DNA of 64,000 bases. Source: Eledone cirrhosa (lineage: Eukaryota). The DNA lies in the NCBI GenBank assembly GCA_964016885.1, contig OZ024741.1:74524001-74588000 (forward strand). The letters are read 5' to 3'. A program made the position numbers and the translations under genes. Positions 49,975-62,699 of the stretch are shown here, piece by piece. Within the stretch, counting starts at the first letter, position 1, and the number at the start of each line of letters is the position of its first letter. The notes beneath the pieces are model-generated. The model was not told the DNA's origin, ran no database searches, and was given only the letters and a program-made list of their open reading frames with translations.

Positions 49975-50010
49975 TCTTCTGATGAAAGACTATTACCCAA
50001 AACATTAAGA
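49975..50010 (+). ncRNA. Decayed minimal hammerhead-like motif (Penelope pLTR type)
   Basis: TCTT-CTGATGA-AAGACTATTACCC-AAAA-CATTA-AGA; consistent with CpG decay of CCC-GAAA-CGTTA. Confidence 0.35.
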
Positions 50011-50140
50011 CTATTCCACCTCTATTCTTGTTAACTTATATAACTTATATTTATATAATTTTATAAAATTCTTTCTGTCATTGAACAAAACTGTTCAAGG
50101 GAGGACGCCACACACACATTTATGCTTATGCACTTATTAC

Positions 50141-50178
<38 letters not shown>

Positions 50179-51419
50179 TATATATATGCAAACACACACA
50201 CTTTTCTTTCAAAAGAATGCTATCCGGAATGGTATAAAAGATATTAATTATTTACAGTCTTTTTCTTCTTCAGCTTTGTTTCAACATACATCAATTTAGA
50301 ATGGAGACATTTTTTCTTATAGAAGACAATTACTCTAGTATTTTACATGTACTTTGTTTGTTATTCTCTGTTTGTTTTTGCTGATGTTGTTGTTTTAAAC
50401 TAAGTGACTATCATCTATTAATATGTACACAGACACGTTCATATATACACACATATGTTCATACACCAATATATATATATATATGTATGTATGGGTACCT
50501 AATTAATGATTTGACTGTGAAATAGTAACTGCTGTCTTTATTATAATTTCTTTTTATACTTAAATGATCAAGGTTTCAAAAGACAGTTTGATTGAATTTT
50601 TTAATCTTTTTATACAAAACCATGAAGAAGAAGACCATTTGAAAGCTCTTCTAATCCCATGATAGTGAGCTTTTTAAAATGATTATATTTATCTAAAACT
50701 CTACTTTCATATTATGCAAAACCTTTGTTAGGATATGTTCCAAACATCATTTCAATGAGAATGTTAGTTATATTACCAAATCCCTGTGATTGGACGATTG
50801 GAAATTTGTAACCAGTGAGATTATTGTTGATGTAAGTCATTATCACATTCATCCTTTTGTCTCCTTTCCATGCTGGGATGAGTTGGATGGGTTGTCACAG
50901 TTCAAGATTAAATCAACCAGAGAAATATATCTTACTCATATGTTCTAAAGTGTAGTTTATAAAGTTGGATGCCCTTCCTATTGTTAACTACTTAACAAAA
51001 TATACAGAATGTATTTTATTGTAACACTAGCACTATTACTTTACAGAGTGTACTGGGTGTGCTATTGGAAAGTGGATAAAATGAGTGTACTAATTGTGGT
51101 GTTGTATATTGTTTGATCACCAACCACTTTACAGAGTGGACTGAGAGTGTGATATAAAATAAAAATGAATCAAAACTTGGATTAACAATCGATATAGAAA
51201 TTTTAGTCACATTTTGAACAAGAATTGAGAGAGATTAATTTAAATTCCACGTCTGAGAGACACAGAAAACAATATAATCACAGAATCTGATTTTATTTTT
51301 TATTTCAATGAATTTATGATTGCTAATTTGATACCTAATTATCTGTACAGCTACAGAAAGGTTATTCATGTGCTAAATAAGTTTATGTATGTTGGGAATA
51401 AGTTTTCAGAAAAAATACA

Positions 51420-51887
51420 TTAACCCTTCTATTACCATATTTTTAATGAAAGATACTGCTTGTGATTTTCAAATAATTTTGTAAATAATCGAGAATTTTG
51501 AGTGATTTAGCTATATAACTAATTTTCTTATCTATGCGGTGTTTAAAGCATAGCTTAACTAATGTTCCTACATAAAATTATTTTGATCTGAAAAGGTATT
51601 TTGAAATTTTCATTGATTGCAATAAAAATGTTAACACCAGGATAAAAATGGTAAATGTAAAATGAATTTAACCCTTTTGTTATCAACGTGTTAGAAATCA
51701 CCTTGTTTTACAATAACAAGCTGTTTATTTTAATGTGTTTCTTTTTATCTAAAAATTATAAGAAAATGATAACTTTTCTTCAACCACCAAATGATTTTAC
51801 TAAATCCACCAAAACTCATTATTTCCAAATTAGTTGATAGTTATAGGAATTGTCTGTCATTAGAAATGTAGTAGCAAAAAGATTAAC
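51420..51887. mobile_element. Two family-1 MITE copies in opposite orientation (51420-~51590 plus; 51668-51887 minus)
   Basis: TTAA-CCCTTCTATTACCATATT and TTAA-CCCTTTTGTTATC ... AGCAAAAAGA-TTAA. Confidence 0.65.
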
Positions 51888-52424
51888 AGTTTTTGTGTTT
51901 TTAGAAGGGCTAAAATGAATCTTCCCTGATTTAACATTAAATATTATGTGTATTAAAGAGAGTGGGGATGCTAGTATTAAATATATTCATGGCTTTTAAA
52001 AACACTAGATCTTTTAACACATCTCTTATGTTTTTCCATAAATATTTCTTCCATATTCATTAAAAGATAATTATGTCTGATATTGGTACAAGGCCAGCAA
52101 TTTGGAAGGATAGTCAATTATATCAATAATAATATAGGTGTGGTTTGGGAGTTCACTTCATAGCTACATGGTTTGGGGTTTAGTCCTACTGTGTTGCATC
52201 TTGAGCATGTGTCTTCTATTATAGATTCGACTAGATTGAAATTTGGTTGATGGAAACCACAAAGATGCTCATTGTGTATATTTATATATTTATTCGTTCC
52301 CTTCTCCAAATCCTCATTCGTGATAAACATACACCCTTCCTGTCCAACCCATGCATACAAGTATTCTCCACATCTGATCTCCCACAATGCCATAGCCAGG
52401 ATGAAAAAGCACAAAGTCTACTCT

Positions 52425-52740
52425 GCATGGTGATCTGTTGCCACAACAACAAAAGTACCCAACCCATCCTGTAAGGTGGTTGTGTTAGTGACATGACAAA
52501 AAGCACCCAGTTCACCCTGTAAGGTGGTCATGCTGGTGACATGACGAAAAAGCACCCAGTCTGCCCTGTTAGATGGTCATTTTGATGCCACAATAAACAG
52601 CACCCAGCTGTAGAAACCAAGTCAAAATACAGATCCGTATGAGCAAAATATGGTCACCTGACCTGACTTGTCTCATAATGTGACAACCTGTCTAATCCAT
52701 GTAAGCATGGGAGAATAGATGTTAAACGATGATAATTATG
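52425..52740 (+). mobile_element. RTE 3' UTR with four tandem ~47-bp units and tail
   Basis: Repeats of CCTGTAAGGTGG...GTGACATGAC.AAAAAGCACCCAG, then CAGCTGTAGAAACCAAG...GACAACCTGTCTAATCCATG...AAACGATGAT. Confidence 0.8.
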
Positions 52741-54867
52741 TATACACGCACACATATATAGATATATGTGTGATTTTGTTTACATTTACTGTCGTTTATA
52801 TCATGTAGCTTAGGGGTTTGACAAATAGTAATAGATAAAATAAGTACCAGGCTTGAAAGAAAGTAGTGGGGTTGATATGATAGACTAAATCGCTTCAAGG
52901 CAGTAGTACTCCAACGTAGCTGTAGTCTAATGATGGAAACTAGTAAAAGAGTAATAATGATTAATTAATGCTACTACTAATAGCATTTTTTTCTCAAGTG
53001 AATTTTCGACAAAAGTGAAACAGCATCTGAGTTGAATGAAGTGTTGTAGCTGAGAAACTGTCAAGGACAGAATATGTAATCAATAATCAGTACTGTTTAA
53101 GGCAAAAATGGTATTTTTAAATAGTCATTAGTGAAAAGATTTTTATTCCAAGAATGTTTTTATTTTGCTTTTTTAATTTAAAAAAACAAAAAAAAAAAAC
53201 GAGTGTTTTTACAATTTTCTTTCAAACATTTTATATATTTTTTCAAGCTAATTTTAATGCAAAACGAACAATCAAGGGAAAATACAAATTTCATAAAATT
53301 ATAGTACTTTTCTGAAATGACATCTTATGGAAATCAATCATTAATGAAGGAACCCTTATGTGGATTGTTGTTATTGTTGTTGTTTTATATATAGCCCCAG
53401 GTCAGCCTTGATGGATCAAACTTTATGATCAATAGCAATTTAACTCTGGTGTTTTTCTTAGGCACTAAGAACCATATAATCAAGTGTATCTTTTTTTAAA
53501 GAGAGTATGTGTAATTTGAAAGATATTTGGCTGCTATTTCTAGCAGTTTTAGAAACCACAAATACACTCCCTCATTCTCTTGTGGTATAGTTAGATTAAT
53601 CAGAAATAAAAGCCAAAGGCCATGGTTGAAATGCTATTGATCATAAGTCTGCTCAATCAAAGGTGATTGCTTGAAACTGAATGTTTTATAAAAGAACTAT
53701 TAATGTTTTTTGTTGATTTCTGTCAGAAGTCAGTCCACATGGTAAAGTTGTAGTAATATTGTCATGATAAAATGCCCTATGTCCATGCTGTAAAGAGATA
53801 ATGCTTGTGTCACAATTTAATTCTCCTTACACACAATCATGTGGTAGTGCTGGTGTGATGATAAAATGCTCCCAATAAATACTGTAAAATGGTAGTGAAC
53901 ATGATAATGAAAAGCTCCCAGTAAATACTATAAAGTGGTTACCAATAAGAAGGGCATCCAACCATAGAAACTATTCCAAAATGGAACGTATGAGCAACAT
54001 ATGATCATCTAACATGTTTGATCTCAGAACAGCACAAACCATCCAACCTATAACATCATGGAAAACAGCAGTAAAATGGCAATGATGATGACAGAAATGG
54101 GTTTCGCAGTTTCTGTCTACCAAATTTCATTTATAAGCCATTGGTCAACCCAAAGCTATAAAAGAAAACACTTGCCCAAGATGCCAGGCAGTGAGACTGA
54201 AACCAGAACTATGTGGCTGCAAAGAAAACACTTTAACCACACACACACGCACACACATATTTATGGATCTCAAACCTATATATATATGGTAAGTTTAATT
54301 GGATGCGTTCTGAACAGCCTTTGGTATAGGAATTAGTGAGAAGACCAACAACCAAAGAGAAAAAGAAAAAGAAATTAAAGGTGAGTGGGGCTCATCTGGA
54401 AAGCTATTATGATTATTATTATTCAGTTAGGCCCTCATTTTCAATTCCATTTGGAAAGGAAAATGATGGTAGAGGGAAAATACTGCTTTGCAGTATATTT
54501 GTTAAAGGGTGGGTGAATGTAGTGAGGATGGCCCAAGTAAGTGGAACTACTCTGAGCAGGTGCTTGTACACTGAAGAGTGCAGAGATAGGAGAGGGGCAT
54601 ATTCCTAAGGTGCTCTTGGTGTTGTGGGTTGTTTTGGATCTGTGAGGTTCTGAAATGACCCTATGAGCTCCCCCACCCCTACACCACCTATTGGGGATTT
54701 CTTTTGTTTTGAATTTTTCGTTGTTTATTATTACTTGTTATCAATTGTTTACATGCTTTTATAAGTAAATTCCCATAGTCCTTGTCTTTTGCATTGTCCA
54801 TAATGTTTTCGGCCCCAGTGGCCAATAAAGAAATCATCCTTATTATTATTATTATTATTATTTTCAA

Positions 54868-55365
54868 TACAAGGGTGGTGAGTAGGCAGTATCAGCAGAG
54901 CATTGAACAAAATGTTTTGCTGTATTTAGTTATGATATTCTACGTTCTGAGTTCAAATTCTGTTGAGGTCAACTTTGCACTTCACCCTTCTGGTTGATAA
55001 AAAAAGTACTATTTAAGTACTAGGGTCAATATAGTCGACTTCCCCATCCATGCAAATTGCTTGCCTTGAGCCTAAATAAAAACTGTTATTGAGTTGATAT
55101 TCAGAACAGTACTTAAAACATTTATTCAAAAATTATGATGGAAGGTTTTAATATAAGTATGAACATTTTTAAACAGGCAGTGCCAACATGGATTAATAAA
55201 ATCATTAGAGTTACAGAAAAACAGATTAGCAGTATTTTTTCTGGCACTTTATGTTCTCAGTTCAAATCCTGCCAAAGTCAACTTTGCTTTTCATCCCTCT
55301 TCATGAACTTTCCCATCCCCCAAAATTACTAGCCTTATACTAGTGTTAGAAACAATTATTATTAT
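54868..55365 (+). mobile_element. Two old SINE family A copies
   Basis: TTCTGAGTTCAAATTC...GTCAACTTTGC...; tails CCTAAATAAAAACTGTTATT and GTTAGAAACAATTATTATT. Confidence 0.65.
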
Positions 55366-55543
55366 TTCTTTTCATATCTGTACATTCACATACTTCCCAC
55401 CAGGTCTCAAACAGGGACCTGAGGAGAGTGATGGTTTATTTATAATACATTTTTTCTCAGTATCATAGATAACTGATGGTATTTTGTTAAGAGTTTGAGA
55501 AAGTAAATAACAATACATCTTATACACATATACACACACAAAC

Positions 55544-55593
55544 ACCAGCACACATACAGAATATTCCTATGAATATTCTGTATGTGTGCTGGT
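55544..55593. repeat. Perfect 23-bp inverted repeat with a 4-nt loop
   Basis: ACCAGCACACATACAGAATATTC-CTAT-GAATATTCTGTATGTGTGCTGGT. Confidence 0.95.
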
Positions 55594-55719
55594 CTATATA
55601 CAATATTTACAGATACATAGTCAGTAAAACCAATTAAGAGTATTTACATGTTATACATTCCTTTTCCAAATCTATGCCCATTTAAATCCAGAATTTAATA
55701 CAAAATATAATGCATAAAG

Positions 55720-56405
55720 TGCAACCCTTGGTCAATGGATGTATTATGTACAAGATACATCGCAATTTGTTTTTCAAAAATTACATTGACAATGCTCTTT
55801 GTAAAAAGTAGGCATTACTAGTTAGTATGATTCTCTAAATTTCTTTTATACAAAGTTTACCTGGTACATGATCCAACAATTTGTCAGTTCCCTTGTTTAT
55901 CAGGTCAAGTACCCCAACTGTAACTGAGATAGTGATGGCTTTCATACTTTACATTTTTTAAACCTTTATTTCAAGATTCTTGTACTTTGATATTTTTTCA
56001 AATATCTTAGAGACGCATTGCAATCAGCAAGTAATGACATGTCTATCATGAAGCACATTTTGTTGTTTTTACCTTTTATTGTATTTAGTCTATTTGCTTT
56101 GATTATCTTGTCAGTGTGTATTGTCAAATTTCACAGTATTATTACATTACCAATTTCATTTACCAGATCTGGATGGTGTCAATATCAGTTTTTTTATTTT
56201 CTATTTTCCATAGAATTTACATATTTTCCAGTGGATGTATTGCCTCACTCTGTCATGTCTGTTTTTTGTATTCTGACAGTGCTAATGTGGTGCATGCAGA
56301 TATTAGGTGATTCATTCATTCAGTATTTCTGTTGCAGAACTTGCATTTTGAATCATTAATTTTTCCCAATACATTTATTTGTCTGATCATTTTTATGTGG
56401 CAAGT
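55720..56405 (-). mobile_element. R4/Dong-clade 3' fragment (CCHC and RLE domains)
   Basis: Reverse complement of the 61500-62100 family: SKCKFCNRNTE...HLISACTT...RHDRV...CFMIDMSL...KYKNLEI; (ATT)n at the 5' junction. Confidence 0.8.
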
Positions 56406-56420
56406 ATGAAATTATTATTA

Positions 56421-56458
<38 letters not shown>

Positions 56459-56469
56459 GATGTTTCTTC

Positions 56470-57270
56470 ACTCAGCTTCTAATGTAGGAGATGTATCACA
56501 GTGTTTGCTGTTCATTACCAGTGAATTGAGGTAACAACCCTTATTTTTCAAGTACCCCCCAGAGTATTCGATCTATTCCGAACAATGCTGTTTTTTACAA
56601 GTGTTCCATCCGTATTGCAATCCCTATTTGTTTAATGTACTTCTCAAGATCTGTACTCACTGTTCTCAAGACTAACTATTATTGGTATTACTACCACCTT
56701 TTTTCGTGACCACAACTGGTTAACCTCTCAAACTAACTTGTCATATCTATCAATTTTTTTTCCTTCTTTATCACATAACTTGTTATCAACTGGACAGACA
56801 CTATCTATGATCCAACACTGTTTGCTTTCTTTCTCAATTAATACAATATCTAGTCTCCTATGCTCAATCTCATAGCCACACTGTATCACAAAGTCCCACA
56901 GGATCTTTGCATCATCTTTTTCGATAACACCCTCAGGGTTATGTTCACACCACTTTTCTGGTGTCAAGTGCATATTTGTCACAAAGTAAGTGCAAAATGG
57001 ACTATCCTTGCTACGTTGTCATGACATCTCATATTCTTTCTGAGCTAATGGTGTACATTGACTGGTAATATGCCATACAGATTCTCCATTCATGCCACAA
57101 ATACTACACATCACTTTTTGCTCTGTGGTCTACTCTATGATTAGCTTAGTTAGTTCTTAGTGCTTTTTCTTGAGGAACACAGATTAAGGCTTCTGTTTCT
57201 AGTTTGAGATCACTTTTAGCCATCCATAACCACCTTTTTTCTCTGTCTGTCCTATCTTTAACATCTCTAT
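56470..57270 (-). mobile_element. R4/Dong-clade 3' fragment, second subfamily
   Basis: EKWCEHNPEGVIEKDDAKILWDFVIQCGYEIEHRRLDIVLIEKESKQCWIIDSVCPVD...KIDRYDKL; the tail lies in (TAA)n. Confidence 0.85.
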
Positions 57271-57339
57271 GGAATTATCCATATTATTATTATCATATCA
57301 TTATTATTATTATTTCCATAATTATTTTATTGCGCATCA

Positions 57340-57545
57340 TTACTGTTTTACCGAGCACAACTCAGTGTGCCTTGGGTATAAGCAGTGTAGTTTTTGCTGA
57401 TGTTGTTTCTATTGTATTGATAGTACTTTTCTGAATGTGTGTGCAAGCCTAGTAGTGCTATCTTTTGTATACTGTACATATTTGTAAGTCCTGGAGTTTT
57501 GGTTATGTATTTGTCTGTGTGTGTTTTTATCATTCCCAAAGCATC
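57340..57545 (-). mobile_element. R4/Dong extreme 3' end
   Basis: ALGMIKTHTDKYITKTPGLTNMYSIQKIALLG. Confidence 0.75.
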
Positions 57546-59349
57546 AATACAAGAATATAAAACCTTAGAATGATGAAAGTATGTGGAAGAAGGATAAAAT
57601 CTAATCCCTCCTACAGAAGAATATTTCACATAATTATTAAAGAATTTCACTGAAATAAACATGTTTACTAAATGATTCCACCAGAACAATAACAATTACA
57701 TAAAGATATTTGGATTGTTTGTCATCATTATTGACATCACTATTTTACATCCGTTTTCTATGCTGGCATGGGTTCAACAGGTCATCACAGTCTAAGACAA
57801 TACAGACTGCATAATCCTGTATTGTTCACCTATGCCTGGATACACTTGCTAACACCTAACACTTTACAGAATGTGCCTTTTATCATAGTATTAACACTAC
57901 TATTTTATAAAATGTACTGTGCATTTAAAATGCACTTTTATTATGGTACTATCACTTTACACAGTGTAATATGTGCATTCCATATTGCTGCCAGCACTAT
58001 CTTTTAAAAAGTTTAATGGGTGCATTTTATCATGGCACCAGCACTAGGTTGGTTTGTTCTCAACAAGACTACTTTTCAACTCTACATTGTCTACAAGTCT
58101 TTTCAACTCTATATTGTCACTGATTGCCAACCGCTTTACATAATGTAAATAATAAGGTTTGGAGTGCAACCACTACCTAAAAACTTTATGTATAGTGTAT
58201 GTTAAAAAGAAATGGAAACAGGCACTATAGATTACATGACCTGCAAGAAATAGCCAAATCTCCCTCAAATGTATCAAGCTGTCATATATAAAAGAAAGCA
58301 ACACCAGATGATGTGGACCTAGAGATATTATCTCTGAAATAAATTAAGACAGGATGGTCACAGCTGGAATATCTTTGATAATAAAGGCTGCTGTGATCAG
58401 TGCTGACCTTGAAGGTAAAGACAAAAAAAAAAACGATACCAACAACAACTCAAGATTTATTTAACAGTCGGAGATATGAGATAAAGGTAAAATGAACAAA
58501 TTTTCTTTGTTATATAGCAAAGCTGTCTAGCTTCTTATTTTACTTTACGTACAAGATAAAAAATAAAAGAGTCAAGTGCTACAGAAGGAGGAGGAGGAAG
58601 TGCAGATAATATTCATTTATTCTTTTACAGGTTTTAGACATGAAACCGCAGCCATGCTGGGGCACTGCCTTGAAGGGAGTCAGTCATATTTACCTCAGTA
58701 CTTTTTTTTTTTCAAGTTTGGTACTTATTTTATCGATCTTTAATTGTTGAACTGCTAATTTACAAAACAAACAAACAGTAAGCATAAAAATATAAACACA
58801 AGCAAAGATACTCACACACACATATGTATGATATACAGCAGGCATGTAGGTTAATTCCTGAAAACATTACCATCACATTTAAGTTGTGTATAAATGTATC
58901 ATAAAACTCTTAACCATTATATTATACCACATTTAATCTTAAAACCATTGCATTCAACATGGAAGTACCGTGTGTAAAACTGCACTCAGTTGACAGCATT
59001 GGGGTGATTTGTTTGCTGGCTGGTTGGTTAAGTGGTTGCTCATGTTCTATTGGTCATCATGTAATATGACAGTAGGAACACATTACAGTGTAATCCAGTA
59101 AGACATTTACATATCTTAAATTTGGTGTTAAAAACTTGTCCATGAAATCTTACCAAAGTGGTTCTGTGTAGTTACTTAGTATACAGCAGGTATGAGGTCT
59201 GATTCCTGCAGACAGTGGTGCCATATCTTTTTCTACCATATTTTTCTTGTATATATAAATGTATCACATAAAAATCTTAACTAATATAAAGGTTGAGGTA
59301 AAAGTCGTGCACTATTGGGGTTAATTAATTAATCATGTTTTAAATGTCG

Positions 59350-59645
59350 AATTTGTTTTGATCTTTTCTTATTTGGAGCTATTTAAAATCAGTTGTTTAT
59401 CAGATGCACCCCAAAAATATTGAGGAATTTAAAGAAAGAATTAAATATGATTGCAGTAAAATGTCAGAGGAAACTCTTTGATGTGTTAATGAATCAAGCA
59501 GGCACAGAATTGAAATATGCTTTGAATAAGGAGGAGGACATTTTGAACAGCACATATAACAATTAAATGACAAGTAAATAAAATTTTCATGTGTAATCAT
59601 ACTTTTAATAAATTATCTCTATGGTGTGTGACTTTTGCCACACTC

Positions 59646-59648
<3 letters not shown>
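59350..59648 (+). pseudogene. Tc1/mariner transposase C-terminal remnant with probable right TIR
   Basis: 59374-59559 in one frame: WSYLKSVVYQMHPKNIEEFKERIKYDCSKMSEETL*CVNESSRHRIEICFE*GGGHFEQHI*; followed by ...GACTTTTGCCACACTCTG. Confidence 0.8.
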
Positions 59649-59677
<29 letters not shown>

Positions 59678-59744
59678 CACACGCAAGCTGAAACCGTTTG
59701 GCACCGCAGTTGGGATTTTACACACACATATATATATATATATA

Positions 59745-60468
59745 CTAGCTAAACTACCCGTCCTTTGGACGGTTCAAGTAGCTTTCGATGTAGCTCATTA
59801 AACTAAACAAAGTAAATTTGAATACATAGAAGAAAAACGTACTTTATGTAAACATGAAAACCTTAGGCACTATTCCAGCGAAATAATTAATATGTGAGCT
59901 TGGTGTTATCCGTTATACCATGTAACAACAGAAATCCTGTCTAGGTATAAATTTTTTTGACAACAGTAAAAGCGCATCATGAAATAGAGAAGTGAAGTGA
60001 ATAATAGACACTATTATGTACAAAGCATAATATTGTAAAAGTTATGACATCACTTAATGTATGAACATCAAGCTTGAAGCGATAAATTATACAATGTCAA
60101 ATCTATAACTTAACTTAGTAATCTATAACTTAACTTAGAAATTGGTGGTTGTGAAATATACAAAATGATATTGTTAGTCTCAAGGAAGCGTACCTTTTGT
60201 TTCAAGTACAAAGAGTAAATTAAAATCCGAATGAGCCGAATTACAAAAGATAACTCTTGTCTTACTTAATCACGAAAATTCACACAAATAACCGAAACTT
60301 TTTTAATGTCTCCAAAGGCCCCAATATCGATTTTTGAAAGCCTTTGTAGATCATGTACAGGTTTTGTGCAAGGAGAAGCTCTGTAATCGCATGAATGGTT
60401 TAGGATATATGAGCCCTCATTAAAAATTGTCCACACACACACAGAAAACTTCGTTTTTATATATATAC

Positions 60469-60471
<3 letters not shown>
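59745..60471 (-). mobile_element. Non-autonomous Helitron
   Basis: Minus strand starts A|TCTGTATATATATAAAAACG plus a TG repeat; subterminal hairpin CCGTCC-nnn-GGACGG (59758-59772); ends CTAG|T; lies within TA repeats. Confidence 0.85.
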
Positions 60472-60502
<31 letters not shown>

Positions 60503-60509
60503 CACAGAA

Positions 60510-60662
60510 ATGATGAGCTTCCACACAGATTTTGTTTACCAAATCTCACAAGTCATTGATAATTTCGAGGCTGTAGTATAAGACTTGCTGATGGTGCCAC
60601 ACAGTGGGACTGAACCCAAAACCACATGGGTGTGAAGCAAGAACCCTAACTGCACAGCCATA
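60510..60662 (-). mobile_element. SINE family C head and body
   Basis: GTGCCACACAGTGGGACTGAACCC...GCACAGCCAT. Similar copies at about 19040-19200, 23250-23490, 52140-52270, 54100-54240 and 58620-58830. Confidence 0.75.
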
Positions 60663-60794
60663 AAATATAACAGTAAAAAGAAAAGAAAATAGAATAGACA
60701 AAAGAAAAAAAATGAATAAATCTTATTTTCAGAAAATGTTTTCTATAACTTGAAATGATATTAATCTTCAAACTTGATAGTTATGTTCAGACAA

Positions 60795-60840
<46 letters not shown>

Positions 60841-61158
60841 GATGAAAGCATCAAAAGATTAAGTATGGTCTCACCCTAACACATTTTGTTATATTTGTTG
60901 TTCATTATGTTTAGTTATGAAAGAGTGTTTGGTGGAAGAGGGTTAAAAAGAAATACTTATAATGCAGTAAATTTATATGGCAGGAAATTTGAAATCTGCA
61001 GTTAGTAAAATAAGTTAAAACATAACCATCTCACAAGTTACATATATTATGAAAAAAGGAAAAAATTAAACCATATATGAAGACATCATCGACAACATCA
61101 TAAACATCTTTGACATAACATTTCCTGTTGGTGCAAGTTTAATAAATTTAGTACAAAG

Positions 61159-61191
<33 letters not shown>

Positions 61192-61193
<2 letters not shown>

Positions 61194-62290
61194 TAAAAGA
61201 AAGCACCAAATATAAGCACAAAATAAATCTAAGCACAGATGTGACACAAGAAACTCCTCTTCCACCAACAGTGTCGGCAAAGGCTACGAAAACAAAAGCA
61301 AAGGAAGCAACTCTTGAGCAGATGAAGGAAAAATGGCAGAATAAGCCACTACATGGCCAGTACTTGACTCGAATCAGGCAAACTGATGTAAACAAAACCT
61401 AAACCCATCAGTGACTTTGCAGTTCAGGACTGAAGGCCGAAACAAAAGGTTTAATACTGGTTGCACAAGACCAATGCCTTTCCACAAAAACTTAACAGGC
61501 AAACATATTGGGAAAACATATTGACCCAAAATGCAGGTTCTGTGACAGAAATACTGAAACAGTGGATCACCTAATATCTGCATGCACCACCTCAGTGTCA
61601 TATGAATACAAAAACAGACATGACAGAGTGTGGCAGCACATCCACTGGAAAATATGTAAGTCCTATGGAAAAGATGTAACAAAAAACTGGTATCAACATC
61701 ATCCAGACTTGGTATTTGAAATTGGTAATGTAATAATACTGTGGGATTTTACAATACACACTGACAGGACAACCAAGGCAAACAGACCTGATATTATAAT
61801 AAAAGATAAAAACAACAAAATGTGCTTCATGATAGACATGTCATTACCTGTTGATTGCAATGTATCTTTCAAGATATTTGAAAAGATCTCAAAGTACAAG
61901 GATATTGAAATAGAGATTGAAAAATGTGAGGTATGAAGGTCACCACTATTCTAGTTGTAATTGGAGCACTGGGCCTGATAAACAAGGGAACTGACATATT
62001 ATTGGATTACATGCCAGGTAAACCTTGTATAAAAGAAATATTTTTTAAATCGTACATATTAGTACTGTCCACATTTTGCAAAGATCATTGTCAATATAAT
62101 GTTGGGATGGCAAACTACGTTGTACCTCTGAACAAAGGGGTGCACTATATCCATATATATATTGTAACAATCAGTTATCTATGGAGCTGAAAAAATGTGT
62201 CATAAGTAACCATCACCCACCCAAGGTCCCTGGTTGAGGCCCAGTGGGATGTATGTGAATATACAGATATCCAAGGAAAATAATAATAAT
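61192..62290 (+). mobile_element. R4/Dong-clade non-LTR retrotransposon, 5'-truncated, in an (AAT)n tract
   Basis: KWQNKPLHGQY...GLKAETKGLILVAQDQ...KCRFCDRNTETVDHLISAC...RHDRV...ILWDFTIHTD...NRPDIII...IDMSLP...KISKYKDIEIEI...VVIGALG (CCHC plus PD-(D/E)xK RLE), with a few stops and frameshifts; (AAT)n at both ends. Confidence 0.92.
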
Positions 62291-62479
62291 TGTTTCTACA
62301 TTTTGGCACAAGGCCAGCAATTATCCTAGTACGTTACTGGTACTTTATTTTAACGACCCCATAAAGATGAAAGGAAGGTTAACATCGGTGGGATTTGAAC
62401 TTAGACTGTAAAGGGACGTAACTCTATGCTGTAAAGCATGCCATCTGATCCTCTGCTGATACTGCCAATCCACCGCCTT
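62288..62479 (-). mobile_element. SINE family A inserted in the Dong tail
   Basis: Reverse complement of the consensus, followed by a short partial re-copy (AAAGCATGGCGTCTGATGCTCTAC). Confidence 0.85.
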
Positions 62480-62699
62480 TGGCAAAGCATGGCGTCTGAT
62501 GCTCTACAACAACAACAATAATAATATTTGAAAAATGCTTGAAACAAAGTAAGAACAGATATGAACAGTATGGAAAGACCTTAATAGGAGAAAGGAGAAA
62601 CATGCTTCTCACCCTAGACCATGGGTTATGGTCTAATAGGAAGGGTATTTATACAGGCCACAACATCAATATCATGTAACAACAACAATAATAATATTT

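Noticed and set aside
54300-54860. Tx1/L1-like LINE 3' end (similar tail at about 14360-14555)
   Set aside because: The GTGGC(C)AA(T/C)AAA plus (ATT)n tail suggests a LINE end, but I could not recover a diagnostic peptide.
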